IMG/VR virus record: IMGVR_UViG_3300047548_001372
Span: 21,329-85,328 of that record
DNA: 64,000 nt
Direction: 5' to 3' (one strand)
Origin: a virus
The position numbers were made by a program, and so were the translations under genes. Position 1 is the first letter of the stretch, and each line of letters begins with the position of its first letter. Shown here piece by piece: positions 1-9,985 of the stretch. Below the pieces are notes generated by a model. That model searched no databases. It was given only the letters and a program-made list of their open reading frames with translations, and was not told where the DNA came from.

Positions 1-1065
1 TTTTGGATTAACTGCATCAAGAATACCATGGATAAACGTACTAAGCAAGATGCGTGCGCCCTTCAAAAACCCTAATGCACGCAAATACTTATTCTCAATA
101 CCAGGATACCCATCAATAGCAGAAGCAATCTCTTCATCATCAACAAAATCACTGTAGTTAAAGTCAAACTTTGTATTCTTCTTTTTCTTTTTACGCTGCT
201 CTAATTCCCATCGTTGAACGTCCTTCACATTCAATGACGGAACATCTACACCAACTTTTAGTAGCATAGCCTTGAGCTGATCATTACTACTTGTGTTTAC
301 ACAACTATAACCATCTTTGGTAAAGACAATAGTGTCTGCTGCTCCTTGACTGATAAAGAGATCTTGTAAAACTTTATCAGCCACGCGCACATATTCACTG
401 AATGGGCCAATCATCGCAGAGAGCATTTCAGTATTTACATACACACCAGTATATTCCATCATTGCGGTAGGAGCAATGATAGCCATCTCTAAGTGATAGA
501 CACGAGTAAGTCCCTTCTCCTTAATTTCTTTCATCTGTTGATCATAGATTGGTAGAAGATAGGTTGTATCATCTGCTGCATATTGTAGTTCTTCATTACT
601 GAAGAATGATTCTGTGCGATTGATAAAACCCTCGCGCACACTCTTATCTCTAGTAATATTGAGACGACGCTTGCTTACATCAGCAAGACTAAAACCAACC
701 TTATATCCTACTGCCCAGATAAGACGATCTGCAATCATGGTATCGTGCATTGATACCATAGCAATACCATGGTGATAGAAGATCTTATAATCATACGTAA
801 GGTTATGACCAATCTTAAGAATATGTGGATTTTCCAATACTTCCTTAAAAATACTCATCGGTAGTTTTGTCATATCAAAGACAAAGCTATCATCACCATC
901 AATTGGTGCGCGGGTACTTAAAGACACCAACAACGGTCTAGCCTGATACGGATCAAGAGATGTCGTTTCAGTATCCACCCCAAGAATAGTATCATCCATC
1001 CAAGAGAGATCCTGTATTGCTGATAGGATAATAGCTGCTTGTGATTTGTTTGTAATATACTTCAT
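1..1065 (-). CDS. polA: Family A DNA polymerase, N-terminal 3'-5' exonuclease part (runs off the window edge; missing from the ORF track)
   Basis: Manual translation from ATG at 1065: MKYITNKSQAAIILSAIQDLSWMDDTILGVDTETTSLDPY (ExoI DxE), KIGHNLTYD (ExoII), HDTMIA, YAADDT (ExoIII). The start overlaps the upstream stop (ATGA). Confidence 0.9.
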   Translation of the reverse strand, partial: MKYITNKSQAAIILSAIQDLSWMDDTILGVDTETTSLDPYQARPLLVSLSTRAPIDGDDSFVFDMTKLPMSIFKEVLENPHILKIGHNLTYDYKIFYHHGIAMVSMHDTMIADRLIWAVGYKVGFSLADVSKRRLNITRDKSVREGFINRTESFFSNEELQYAADDTTYLLPIYDQQMKEIKEKGLTRVYHLEMAIIAPTAMMEYTGVYVNTEMLSAMIGPFSEYVRVADKVLQDLFISQGAADTIVFTKDGYSCVNTSSNDQLKAMLLKVGVDVPSLNVKDVQRWELEQRKKKKKNTKFDFNYSDFVDDEEIASAIDGYPGIENKYLRALGFLKGARILLSTFIHGILDAVNPK

Positions 1066-1463
1066 ACGCGCACAAAACTTTCTTTATCAACGCTAGTTAC
1101 AGCTGATCCAGCAATCTTCACGACAAACGACCCAGTAGCCGACCCAGTCTCCGACCCAGTTACATTTGGTCTAATAGTAACACATGCGACGCCAATTGTC
1201 CAATCAACATCTTCATCTACAAAAACCAACTCATTCTGATTATCAAAGACTAGTTTGATAAGTGTGGGTGAATAGGCTTTACCATCTTCACCCACACGCT
1301 TCTCTGGAGCTAGTTTAAAACCTGTTGTTTTCTGTATGGCAATGTCAGTAAGTATACCACAAAACTCATGTGTGTCAAATGTGATTATACACGCATGACC
1401 TAACAGTGTATAAAATAAACTACGAATAGCTTCAACTCTCTGCTGCTGTCCTTTTGTTGCCAT
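1062..1463 (-). CDS. Hypothetical protein
   Basis: 133-aa ORF with AGGAG RBS, coupled to the polymerase gene; contains a 12-bp-period repeat (CGACCCAGT at 1128, 1140, 1152). Confidence 0.7.
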   Translation of the reverse strand: MATKGQQQRVEAIRSLFYTLLGHACIITFDTHEFCGILTDIAIQKTTGFKLAPEKRVGEDGKAYSPTLIKLVFDNQNELVFVDEDVDWTIGVACVTIRPNVTGSETGSATGSFVVKIAGSAVTSVDKESFVRV

Positions 1464-1505
1464 ACATACTCCTAACTGATTATACTAACTGTTTATACTA
1501 GCTGT

Positions 1506-2606
1506 TTATACTTCTACTGCTGATAGTACTTTATACATAAGATCTCGTAGGAAGTATAAAGGCATAAAGTATATCGTCTTTTCAGCCTTATTGATATAGA
1601 GTGAGATCTTTGCAAATCGTACGCTTATACTTTCCCCCGCACTATCTTGAATAAACTGAACTTTCATAGCGTTCTCAATTGCATCGAGAAACATCATGAT
1701 ATTTGGTGAATACTTTACTGAATTATCTTTTCTCATACTAGGATTACCACGATGCGTAGAGATGTATGACCAATTCTCTGTAGTAGGTGATGAAAGCATA
1801 TACTCTAGTATAGCACGATCACAGTCATATGTCAAGAGCTTTCGTACAGCCTCTTCTGTCAGCAATGCACAGTAAAATGGTGTGTCATGAAAATGCAATA
1901 CAATAGTACCTAGCTTTGCGCGGGTAACGTATACCTCATTCTCTAACTGATCAAACCATTCATCACCTTTAAAAATAATAGCAGGACGATTGTAACGTAG
2001 CTTTGCGGTCATCTTACATTCAACAATCATCATCCCATCTTCATACCGCTTATCATCTACCTGAACGTATAAAGGAACCATAACATCACCCTTCCAACTT
2101 CTTCCTGCTCCTGATAACGGTACCCTTTTCCCTTTCAGGTATTTTGCTACATAGTTTTCCATTCTCCGCGCACGATCTTTATTTAATCTATTTGTTTTTG
2201 CACGATCTTCCATAATTTCCTTTCTTCCAGCATTGCCTGATTTTGTCAGCTGCTTGGACGGCTTTCCTCGTACAAGCACCCTTGCTACAGACTGCTGGAA
2301 TATGTATTCATGAATATTATCCTTTCCCACTAATCTATATCGCTCATCAACAAAGCCTGGCTTTGTTACTGGAATATCCTTTGTTCTTGCATTAAACGCC
2401 TTAGACACCCCAGGATCAATGTCCTGGAGTGTCTTTGGAAAGCGTAGTGTAGTATCTGCTGGTTTAGGTGCTCTGCTGTGCATTGAACGCTGTAGAGTGT
2501 ATTTCCTTGAGCGCACAATACCCAACCTCTTTTCCAGTTTTTCTACTCCTAATAACCTTCCTTTAAATCTACGTTTTACTTTTGTATGTACCTTTGTGCG
2601 CGGCAT
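1506..2606 (-). CDS. PD-(D/E)xK nuclease, Holliday junction resolvase-like (Hjc type), with a long basic N-terminal extension
   Basis: RARRMENYVAKYL..RVPLSGAG..KGDV...IVECK matches the Hjc-like E...PxSG...D...ExK pattern; lies between helicase and polymerase. Confidence 0.65.
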   Translation of the reverse strand: MPRTKVHTKVKRRFKGRLLGVEKLEKRLGIVRSRKYTLQRSMHSRAPKPADTTLRFPKTLQDIDPGVSKAFNARTKDIPVTKPGFVDERYRLVGKDNIHEYIFQQSVARVLVRGKPSKQLTKSGNAGRKEIMEDRAKTNRLNKDRARRMENYVAKYLKGKRVPLSGAGRSWKGDVMVPLYVQVDDKRYEDGMMIVECKMTAKLRYNRPAIIFKGDEWFDQLENEVYVTRAKLGTIVLHFHDTPFYCALLTEEAVRKLLTYDCDRAILEYMLSSPTTENWSYISTHRGNPSMRKDNSVKYSPNIMMFLDAIENAMKVQFIQDSAGESISVRFAKISLYINKAEKTIYFMPLYFLRDLMYKVLSAVEV

Positions 2607-2608
2607 GC

Positions 2609-3856
2609 CTATACATCCATTCCCTTAAACCGCTGATATGGCCCACAGAAAAGGATAGACGTTGTACCAATAGGCCCAAAGCGATTCTTTAAGAAGTTCA
2701 CTTCTACATTACGAACTTCTGTGTTGGTATCATCAGGATTAAGCAGAAACACCACATCTGCTACCTGTGCAATCTCACCACTATCACGAATACCATCAAG
2801 CCCCTGACCATTGCGATTAAGTTGCGAGAGTGCTACAATGGTGATGTTTAATTCCTTGGCAAGAGCTTTTAGCGTTTCTGCTACTTCGCCAAGATCACTA
2901 TTGGTATTTCCTGTTGGATTATGATTTACGATCTGAATATAGTCAAGGAATACTACACGTACACCATTCTGGATGACATGCTCCCTAATTTCCTTTACCA
3001 TCTTATAGAGCGTAATCTTTCCATTATCAATAACATACATTGGTAACTTTTGCAGTGTGGTAACAACACGCTCAATATCCTGTGTCTGCTCTGGTGTCAA
3101 CCTACCACTTGCAATGTATCGGCTATCGATACTGAGTGTATCAGCAATCCATTTGACAAAGAGATCTTCTTTTGACATCTCAAGACTAAAGAATAGGCTT
3201 GGTGTAGGATCGTGATCACCATTGGTGTTAACCTGCCTTGCCATCTCTAGCATACTGTTCGCTACCAGTGTTGTCTTACCACCACCTGGCCCTGCTGCAA
3301 GTACAATAAAAGCCTTTGGCTTCCACTCACCACCCATTCGGATGTCCAACCAAGGCATACCAGTAGAAGCAAAACGATACTTCTTACCTAGCTTTGCGTG
3401 AAGATTACCAAGAAACTCTACAGCACCACCAGTAGTTGAACTATCTTCACCAGCACCTACTGCATGGAAGGATAGTGATCGCATAATATCACCATCGCTA
3501 GGACTAAACTGGCTTGCAATAAACTCAAACTCTTCTGCTTTCTGCCGTGCAACACGCTTCGTAGCTAGACGCACACAGTCATCAAATACCGCTGCAATAG
3601 ATGTTGTGTGAGATGCAAGAAGCTCTCCTGGAACTTCACCCTTGAGATGCAGTGATAGACCTCTAAGATCAAGAGAGCCATACTGAGTAAAAGTATCACG
3701 TAGTGCGCGAAAGACAATAACACGCTCTTCAGTAAACATCACCTCATTAATACGATGAAGATAGACAGCGTTCTTTGGATCAAGAAGAGCTGCAAGTAGC
3801 TTCCACTCACTTACCTCATCAACGAACACATTGCTGAAAGAAATACTTTTTGTCAT
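2609..3856 (-). CDS. dnaB: DnaB-like replicative helicase
   Basis: Walker A AAGPGGGKTT, FFSLEM, VFLDYIQ, ALSQLNR, RDSGEIAQVAD, KNRFGP; start placed at MTKSISF. Confidence 0.95.
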   Translation of the reverse strand: MTKSISFSNVFVDEVSEWKLLAALLDPKNAVYLHRINEVMFTEERVIVFRALRDTFTQYGSLDLRGLSLHLKGEVPGELLASHTTSIAAVFDDCVRLATKRVARQKAEEFEFIASQFSPSDGDIMRSLSFHAVGAGEDSSTTGGAVEFLGNLHAKLGKKYRFASTGMPWLDIRMGGEWKPKAFIVLAAGPGGGKTTLVANSMLEMARQVNTNGDHDPTPSLFFSLEMSKEDLFVKWIADTLSIDSRYIASGRLTPEQTQDIERVVTTLQKLPMYVIDNGKITLYKMVKEIREHVIQNGVRVVFLDYIQIVNHNPTGNTNSDLGEVAETLKALAKELNITIVALSQLNRNGQGLDGIRDSGEIAQVADVVFLLNPDDTNTEVRNVEVNFLKNRFGPIGTTSILFCGPYQRFKGMDV

Positions 3857-3891
3857 AAAGAACCTTTCTAATAGAGATACTGGTAGAGAGA

Positions 3892-4764
3892 TTAATAGCG
3901 AAATTGTAGCCACGTTTCATAAGGAAGCGCAGCTTGAAGAATACAGGGGAATAAGTCTGGTGCTTCTAGTAGGAATGAATCAATATCCATCTTCTCTTTA
4001 CCTAATGACGGTAGTGTTGCTACTCGGCAGGTGTCGAAGTTGGATGCAATGTTTATCACTGCCCGCGCAATAGTATACCGCTGCTCTGGTTGTGTGTCAA
4101 ATAGAATAATCACATCTTGACCATACTGCTGTCGAAAGCCTTTCCTCCATGTATTCATACCTGGAAGTGCTATAGTAGGATATCCATGTTGAAATGCAAT
4201 AGCGGCTTTAATTTCACCCTCTGTAAGAATGAGTGTTTTATTTTTTGATAGAAAGTAATTGTATGGATAATCTGCTCCTCTGAAGTATGTACTATGTCGT
4301 GGTGATTTGTATTTTTGTTCAGCTGTTTTTTCTAGTGTGCGCGCACGAATATCAGAAACCACACCATCAAAACCTATATAAGGAAACGTAACACGATTAG
4401 CAAAAAATGCTTTTCCCTGAACTGCTAATCCAGCATGCCGTGCTACATCCGTACGATACCAGATAGCAGAATCATCTGGACAATATCCAATACGTAGTTG
4501 AACAATTGTAGTATCTGTAAAGCCTCGTTGATATAACCATGCAGTAACTTCTGGTGTTAAGCAACTATGATAGTAGTTACTCATACGATCATAGTAATCA
4601 CGAATATGATCAAGTAATGGGCTTCTAGTAAGTGTGGTTGTTTTTTCTACACCATCAATATAGGCTTTATAACTACAACTAAAACAATACCCAAGATTAT
4701 TATGACTAGTAATGTAAAAATTACTTTTACCACAATGTGGGCATTCCTCTTTTTTTCCAGACAT
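3892..4764 (-). CDS. DNA primase (Zn finger + TOPRIM)
   Basis: CPHC...CFSC zinc ribbon, RVTFP, KYKSP, LTEGEIKA, ALPG, DIDSF; adjacent to DnaB; start placed at MSGKKEE. Confidence 0.9.
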   Translation of the reverse strand: MSGKKEECPHCGKSNFYITSHNNLGYCFSCSYKAYIDGVEKTTTLTRSPLLDHIRDYYDRMSNYYHSCLTPEVTAWLYQRGFTDTTIVQLRIGYCPDDSAIWYRTDVARHAGLAVQGKAFFANRVTFPYIGFDGVVSDIRARTLEKTAEQKYKSPRHSTYFRGADYPYNYFLSKNKTLILTEGEIKAAIAFQHGYPTIALPGMNTWRKGFRQQYGQDVIILFDTQPEQRYTIARAVINIASNFDTCRVATLPSLGKEKMDIDSFLLEAPDLFPCILQAALPYETWLQFRY

Positions 4765-4776
4765 AATATATACCTT

Positions 4777-4826
4777 TATAACAAAGAGTATAACAAAAAG
4801 TATAACAGAAAGATATAACAAAAAAG
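4777..4826. repeat. Four short direct repeats (TATAACA core, 12-13-bp period)
   Basis: TATAACA at 4777, 4789, 4801 and 4814, just upstream of the primase gene. Confidence 0.8.
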
Positions 4827-4856
4827 ATAGGGCATAGCCGAAACTATGCCCTATTT
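4821..4856 (-). terminator. Intrinsic terminator after SSB
   Basis: Minus strand ATAGGGCATAG-TTTCGG-CTATGCCCTAT followed by CTTTTTT. Confidence 0.85.
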
Positions 4857-4871
4857 TCTATCTACCCTTAA

Positions 4872-5738
4872 CTACTCGCCGTCTTCTTCAGTTGCCCCTT
4901 CTAGTTGCGGGAAGAGTACAATACCAGAGTCCTTCATCACCTCATCAAAATCTTCACCGTCAAGCAGTGCGTTGATCACGCTATGTGGCCAAGGCTTCAC
5001 CCAACTCTTCAGATCGTAGCGAGGAAGATTGACGTGCTCCTCTGCAAGAGGACGAAAATCACCAGCCACCTGAAACGCACGACGAGTATCAGTACCATCA
5101 CCAGTTACACGCAGTGCAATATCAAACTCATACAACTGAAGCACACGATCCTCGTTATCTGGTGCGGTAACACTACCTACAAGATCATTGAGTCCTTGCA
5201 GCATATGCTTACCACCAGGCTTACCATTACTGCCCTCTAGGATGCGCACCTGAAGCAATGGTGAAGGAGTACCGTCTAGCTTTGTCGTAGTACCGTTGAC
5301 TTCGACATAGTACTGATTATTCTCTGAAGGATAGGCAACCTTATTGTTTGGTAGCTTAATCACCTTCGTCTTATCCAACACATTGATCGCAAAACGCTGC
5401 TTTGCCAGTACACGATCACGGTTAGGCTTACCATTTACCTCACGAGGAAGATCGTGGTACAGACGCTCCCAGATAGGATTACTGAACGGCTTGTACGGAT
5501 CAACCATCACGCGCTGCTGCCGCTGCTGTCCCTGCTTCATCACTGGGATCCAGTACTCTGCAAATGGTACTTCATCCTGCATCGCCATACCAGCTGACGT
5601 AACGTGCGGGAGAATACGAAACACACGACGCCCAGTACGATAAATACCACGCAGAGGATCAATCCATGGATTAACAAAATCTTCCGTAGAACCAGTACTA
5701 GCACCACGAGTGTTCTTCATGCTGTCACCAAATGCCAT
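4872..5738 (-). CDS. Single-stranded DNA-binding protein (T4 gp32-like)
   Basis: FRILP, RFAINVLD, DIALRVTGDGTDTR motifs; acidic C-terminus (EGATEEDGE); strong RBS, own promoter and terminator; replication-module context. Confidence 0.75.
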   Translation of the reverse strand: MAFGDSMKNTRGASTGSTEDFVNPWIDPLRGIYRTGRRVFRILPHVTSAGMAMQDEVPFAEYWIPVMKQGQQRQQRVMVDPYKPFSNPIWERLYHDLPREVNGKPNRDRVLAKQRFAINVLDKTKVIKLPNNKVAYPSENNQYYVEVNGTTTKLDGTPSPLLQVRILEGSNGKPGGKHMLQGLNDLVGSVTAPDNEDRVLQLYEFDIALRVTGDGTDTRRAFQVAGDFRPLAEEHVNLPRYDLKSWVKPWPHSVINALLDGEDFDEVMKDSGIVLFPQLEGATEEDGE

Positions 5739-5796
5739 AGTAGACCTCCATTCAGTATTGTCTAGCTGCTGTACATCAGCTGCTCTTCATATTGTC

Positions 5797-5825
5797 AGTA
5801 TATCACGAGTAATGCTTGTTGTCAA
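5797..5825 (-). promoter_or_regulatory. Sigma70/SigA promoter for SSB and replication genes
   Basis: TTGACA-17 nt-TATACT with extended -10 TG. Confidence 0.85.
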
Positions 5826-5846
5826 GTGGTTTATGTTAGCGTTGTG

Positions 5847-6161
5847 TTAGCGAATTAGTTTTGTTGTTGTTGTTGTGTGTGGATTGTAATCTTCTGCCTG
5901 CATAACCCTCTGTATAAACTGCTCAAACTCTTTAGGATCAACACGGTTAATGGTAAGATCCACAGAGTCCCATGGCATCTGTAGAAGAATTGGCCCATTT
6001 GTTGCTACAATCCCTGTAAGAATCTCTTGCACTTCAGGATTCCAAATAATGATAGACTGCATATTAGAATCGATAGCGATGTATACCTTTGCCTCTTCTC
6101 TAAATGATACCCTCTGCGTTTCTTGCTCTTGTACTGGTTCTTGTGTCATGTCTTGTGTCAT
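5847..6161 (-). CDS. Hypothetical protein
   Basis: 104-aa ORF with AAGGAG RBS. Confidence 0.7.
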   Translation of the reverse strand: MTQDMTQEPVQEQETQRVSFREEAKVYIAIDSNMQSIIIWNPEVQEILTGIVATNGPILLQMPWDSVDLTINRVDPKEFEQFIQRVMQAEDYNPHTTTTTKLIR

Positions 6162-6191
6162 GTGTTACTCCTTTTTATTCTTGCCCGCGCA

Positions 6192-6410
6192 TTACGCACA
6201 CCATCGTTCAAAGCTCATTGCATCAACCTTCATGATCTCTTGAGCCATCTCAATAAGATCTACCCGATCACAGTCCATGTGGTTTGCTACATAGTTTACA
6301 AACAGTTTAAGTAATTCATCTTCTACAATATGCGCCATTTCATGATCTCCGATTGATGCGTAAGTTGAGATCTCTTCGATACGTTCGCGCACATGCTCAA
6401 TGGTTAGCAT
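6192..6410 (-). CDS. Small conserved-type phage hypothetical protein
   Basis: 72 aa, AAGGAG RBS, GDHEMAHIVEDEL...RWCA. Confidence 0.75.
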   Translation of the reverse strand: MLTIEHVRERIEEISTYASIGDHEMAHIVEDELLKLFVNYVANHMDCDRVDLIEMAQEIMKVDAMSFERWCA

Positions 6411-6422
6411 AAGTATGCTCCT

Positions 6423-6797
6423 TTACACTACATATCTAGAATCGTAACGATCTCCGATAGTTGTATCAGTAGCGATCTGTTTTGCATTGATAACTTCAAT
6501 GTCTAGTATAGCAGATTCCCACATAGCGTAATAATGATCAAGTAAAACTACTTCTCGTAAACTTTGCTCTTCTCTTACATAGAAGATAAAGCTCTCTTGA
6601 ATAAGATCCATGACTAATTCACGTGCGTGATGTACTGCTAAGCCTAGATGATGTAGTGCAAGTAGGTAACTATGGTAGTTATTTTGATTACAGTTTTGAA
6701 ATGTATTCAACTTATTTTTTAACAGTTGATACTGAATATACATTTTTCTAATAACTTCTATTGCTTGATCTTCGCTTGCTGTTCGTTCGTTACTCAT
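6423..6797 (-). CDS. Hypothetical protein
   Basis: 124 aa, AAAGGA RBS, in tight operon. Confidence 0.7.
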   Translation of the reverse strand: MSNERTASEDQAIEVIRKMYIQYQLLKNKLNTFQNCNQNNYHSYLLALHHLGLAVHHARELVMDLIQESFIFYVREEQSLREVVLLDHYYAMWESAILDIEVINAKQIATDTTIGDRYDSRYVV

Positions 6798-6808
6798 AGC
6801 GATCCTTT

Positions 6809-7180
6809 CTATTCTGTGCGCGCACAGTATACACTACTATACCACAACTCATAAATAATATGCAAAGATGAAAGGGGTGAGTAGGATACATTATTCCTTT
6901 CCAGACTAGCAAGAAGTAGATCACGAACAAACTCTTGTGACATAATCTTACCTGCGTTTATCGCAGAGATGCTATCGGATACGCGACGTGGTAGGCTGTA
7001 TGGTGTGTAGATAAGTGCAGAATCAAACGCATCGATAGTTCGCTCTAATGCTACGTAGCAATGATAGATGTCCATAATCTCATTTGGATCTGCGTTATGG
7101 ATAATCGATTCCTCAGGCTCATTCCGAAAAGCCTTTCGTTGATTATAAGCAATAGGTGTTGAAAGATCTTTGTTATTCAT
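6809..7180 (-). CDS. Hypothetical protein
   Basis: 123 aa, TAATG coupling with the upstream gene. Confidence 0.7.
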   Translation of the reverse strand: MNNKDLSTPIAYNQRKAFRNEPEESIIHNADPNEIMDIYHCYVALERTIDAFDSALIYTPYSLPRRVSDSISAINAGKIMSQEFVRDLLLASLERNNVSYSPLSSLHIIYELWYSSVYCARTE

Positions 7181-7575
7181 TAAAATGCCTCAAAGCTATC
7201 AGAAGTATCACTAGGCGTGTCGAAGAACGCTGCCGAGTTGGTAAGCATAGCCAAATCAAGCGCAGCAAGTACGTGATCGCCATCCTCGTCACGATCTACA
7301 CCATGAAGTTTCCAAAAAAGTGACGTAAACTCAGCCTCCATATACCCAATAACATATTGGTATCCAATATGTTCCCAAGGTTGAAGATTGTGCGTGTTAT
7401 TTTTTGCATTTGTAATAAACTTCTGCACAAAATCTAGAGCCTCCTCTAAAGCCTCATGGGACGATGCGTTATGAACTGCTGCTGTTGCACCAATAAAACC
7501 TGAAAGAAGCAGTGTGCGTACATTCGCAATAAACGCATCCTTACGATCCTCAAGCATCTTAATATGATCTTCCAT
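7180..7575 (-). CDS. Hypothetical protein
   Basis: 131 aa, first gene after the 7654 promoter, AAAGGA RBS. Confidence 0.75.
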   Translation of the reverse strand: MEDHIKMLEDRKDAFIANVRTLLLSGFIGATAAVHNASSHEALEEALDFVQKFITNAKNNTHNLQPWEHIGYQYVIGYMEAEFTSLFWKLHGVDRDEDGDHVLAALDLAMLTNSAAFFDTPSDTSDSFEAF

Positions 7576-7625
7576 AATGCTTCCTTTCTTGCTTTTCTTT
7601 ATGCTTGCTTTTTCTTACCACGAAC

Positions 7626-7654
7626 ATCATAGCACAAGTCAAGCATCCTGTCAA
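7626..7654 (-). promoter_or_regulatory. Sigma70/SigA promoter
   Basis: TTGACA-17 nt-TATGAT with extended TG; palindrome ATAGGTAA-NN-TTACCTAT (7654-7671) abuts the -35. Confidence 0.85.
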
Positions 7655-7684
7655 TAGGTAATTTTACCTATGTGTGCGCGAGTA

Positions 7685-7870
7685 CTAATACCCTAATTCC
7701 TTTTCCACATCACGAGTAAAATCATTCATCCCATCAAGAATAATCTTACGTAGTGTTGGTGTAACTAGATTTTGTTTTTCTAATTCTAAGAGCATACGCT
7801 TAATATACTTCCCGCGCAAATGTAGTAAAACCCTCTGAGTAATAGTTTTCTGTCGTAATTCTGTAAGCAT
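7685..7870 (-). CDS. Hypothetical protein
   Basis: 61 aa, directly follows the GT4 gene. Confidence 0.65.
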   Translation of the reverse strand: MLTELRQKTITQRVLLHLRGKYIKRMLLELEKQNLVTPTLRKIILDGMNDFTRDVEKELGY

Positions 7871-7875
7871 TCCCT

Positions 7876-9060
7876 TTATTCCTTAATAAGATTGTTAAAC
7901 ACTGCTTCAAATTGTGCGGCTACGGTATCCCAAAGGTACTCCCTTTGCGTAACCAACGCATATCCAGATTCAGCAATATACTCACGATACAATGAATCAG
8001 TATACATTTTTTCTAAACCATCAATATAACTTTGCATACTTGCCTGTGCGTGAATAGTATTTAGTCCATTGGTAGTAACGTATGGAATATCTGAAGGTTC
8101 GATATAATGTACTCCCCCGCGAGCCCATTCAGATAGTGCAGCAGTATTGACTACCATATTAGCAGTTCGTGTAGCCATACTTTCCATCGTACATAAGCCC
8201 CATCCCTCACCACCACTGGTTGATACTCGTACATCAGCAGCATTGTAGACTGCATTTAGCACACTTGTACTAACTCCATGTGCAGGATCAAGGTTCTTTA
8301 CCGTATAGATCATACGATCGGTAATACCAAAAAACTCTGCAAGCTGGGCAATATCATATCCTACATCAAGCAAAGCACCATGATACCAGAGCTTTACATT
8401 TTTTGGTTTATTGTTTGACCAAAGAGCAAACCCATACATTGCAAGATCAATTCGTTTACGTTGTGAATTACGATCTACTACTTGTACAATGAAATCTTCT
8501 GGATCTACATTATCTGTTAATGATTTGTTTTTAATCTCAGCCCGCACAGCTTTTTTATCCATTGGAAAAAACTCCTGCAAATCAATTCCATGGGGAATAA
8601 CTGCAAGATTTTTGCTATATCCAGATTGCTGAAGTACTGATCCACCAAAATAGGTGTAAACTACTCCTTGAGTAAAGGTATGGAGTGGTTCAACAAATAC
8701 TGATTTTACATTTACTGCATCAACTGGAGTATAGAACACATGTGCTGTTGGATAGGCTTTTGGTATCTCTTTTGCATACTCTGATAAAATCCAAGGATCG
8801 TTAAGATAAAAAACCACATCAGGTTTAATTTTTGTAGTAAGTTCTACAATACGTGTTAATCCATATACATCATTAAAATCACGTAACCTGGGATTAAATA
8901 GTTTTGCTACTTGAGAAATTGGATGATAATCTCCATCGTAGTTTACTCCAAGAATATATAAATCCCAGTTATTAGCCCAACGGTATGCAAGACTGTGGAG
9001 TACTTTTGCAAAGCCTGTATCAGCTGCTGCATCACCAACAAGAAGTAGTTTCTTTTTCAT
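7876..9060 (-). CDS. Glycosyltransferase family 4 (GT-B fold)
   Basis: TGFAKV, VIPHGID, RNSQRKRID, EGWGLCTME (E-x7-E motif). Confidence 0.9.
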   Translation of the reverse strand: MKKKLLLVGDAAADTGFAKVLHSLAYRWANNWDLYILGVNYDGDYHPISQVAKLFNPRLRDFNDVYGLTRIVELTTKIKPDVVFYLNDPWILSEYAKEIPKAYPTAHVFYTPVDAVNVKSVFVEPLHTFTQGVVYTYFGGSVLQQSGYSKNLAVIPHGIDLQEFFPMDKKAVRAEIKNKSLTDNVDPEDFIVQVVDRNSQRKRIDLAMYGFALWSNNKPKNVKLWYHGALLDVGYDIAQLAEFFGITDRMIYTVKNLDPAHGVSTSVLNAVYNAADVRVSTSGGEGWGLCTMESMATRTANMVVNTAALSEWARGGVHYIEPSDIPYVTTNGLNTIHAQASMQSYIDGLEKMYTDSLYREYIAESGYALVTQREYLWDTVAAQFEAVFNNLIKE

Positions 9061-9078
9061 AAAATATCCTTGTATAGA

Positions 9079-9112
9079 GTGGTATTATATGTGCGCGCAC
9101 ATATAATACCAC
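9079..9112. repeat. Perfect 34-bp palindrome centred on GTGCGCGCAC
   Basis: GTGGTATTATATGTGCG|CGCACATATAATACCAC, intergenic. Confidence 0.9.
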
Positions 9113-9125
9113 ACATCCATCCTAA

Positions 9126-9767
9126 TTACAACTCACGAGAAACCAACACTGTATCAGTAATCTCTGAAAGATAAATATCATGCAAGCCTGGAATATATCC
9201 AATAGGATACTCCAGACGAACAGGAGATGCTAGTTTCTTTCGGAAATAATCATCAAGAGCTTTAATATCAGCATCTAGCAAGCGCTGAAGTGATCGCTCT
9301 TTACTAAGATTGGTAAAACGAATATCTTCAGTTGACCACGATACTAATTCCTCTGATGAACTAGAAACCCTCGCTTTACGCAGCAGGTAGGTTGCAGCAA
9401 GAACGATTGGTGTTTCATCATCAGACAGTAATACTGGTTGTGGTACTGAAAAATCAAGATAGGGATTACGAAACACATCACCAGATGTTAAACCTGAAGG
9501 AATGTAGGCTTGACCATCAACGGTGTTTGCTAACACATATCCAGCAGGTACATTTGGTGGTTGTGGTGAAACAACAATTGCAGATTCAAACACTTGATAT
9601 TTTGATGACCACTTCTTCTGAAGATAGCGGATAGCATTAACTAATGCTGTGCGCACTGTGGTATCGGTGAAGATTGATCCATCAAGATCACCAAAGTTTA
9701 AACGAATCTGCGATAGTAAGTACTCAATGTTAATTGGAGTACTGTAATACGTAACAGAAGTTGGCAT
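9126..9767 (-). CDS. Probable head-tail adaptor/connector-like virion protein
   Basis: N-terminal QIRLNFGDLD..FTD pattern typical of adaptor proteins; downstream SWSTEDIRF strand. Confidence 0.5.
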   Translation of the reverse strand: MPTSVTYYSTPINIEYLLSQIRLNFGDLDGSIFTDTTVRTALVNAIRYLQKKWSSKYQVFESAIVVSPQPPNVPAGYVLANTVDGQAYIPSGLTSGDVFRNPYLDFSVPQPVLLSDDETPIVLAATYLLRKARVSSSSEELVSWSTEDIRFTNLSKERSLQRLLDADIKALDDYFRKKLASPVRLEYPIGYIPGLHDIYLSEITDTVLVSREL

Positions 9768-9931
9768 TATGCCTCCTCTGACTGTTTTGTAAGTTTTTCT
9801 GTAAGTTTTTCTAACTCATTTGCAGCAGTAAGTAATGCAGTAATTTGTGTTTCTGCTTGTCGTTTTACTTCTTCTGCTTGTTGTTTTAATTCTTGCACGC
9901 GCTTTAAAATAGTTCCCTGTGGTACGTTCAT
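9767..9931 (-). CDS. Small coiled-coil protein (54 aa, below the ORF-track cutoff)
   Basis: Manual translation MNVPQGTILKRVQELKQQAEEVKRQAETQITALLTAANELEKLTEKLTKQSEEA*; GGAG RBS; TAATG coupling to the next gene. Confidence 0.75.
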   Translation of the reverse strand: MNVPQGTILKRVQELKQQAEEVKRQAETQITALLTAANELEKLTEKLTKQSEEA

Positions 9932-9985
9932 TTATTATACTCCATGAGCTGACAGCATAATTTAACTACTCGTTACATGACACAG

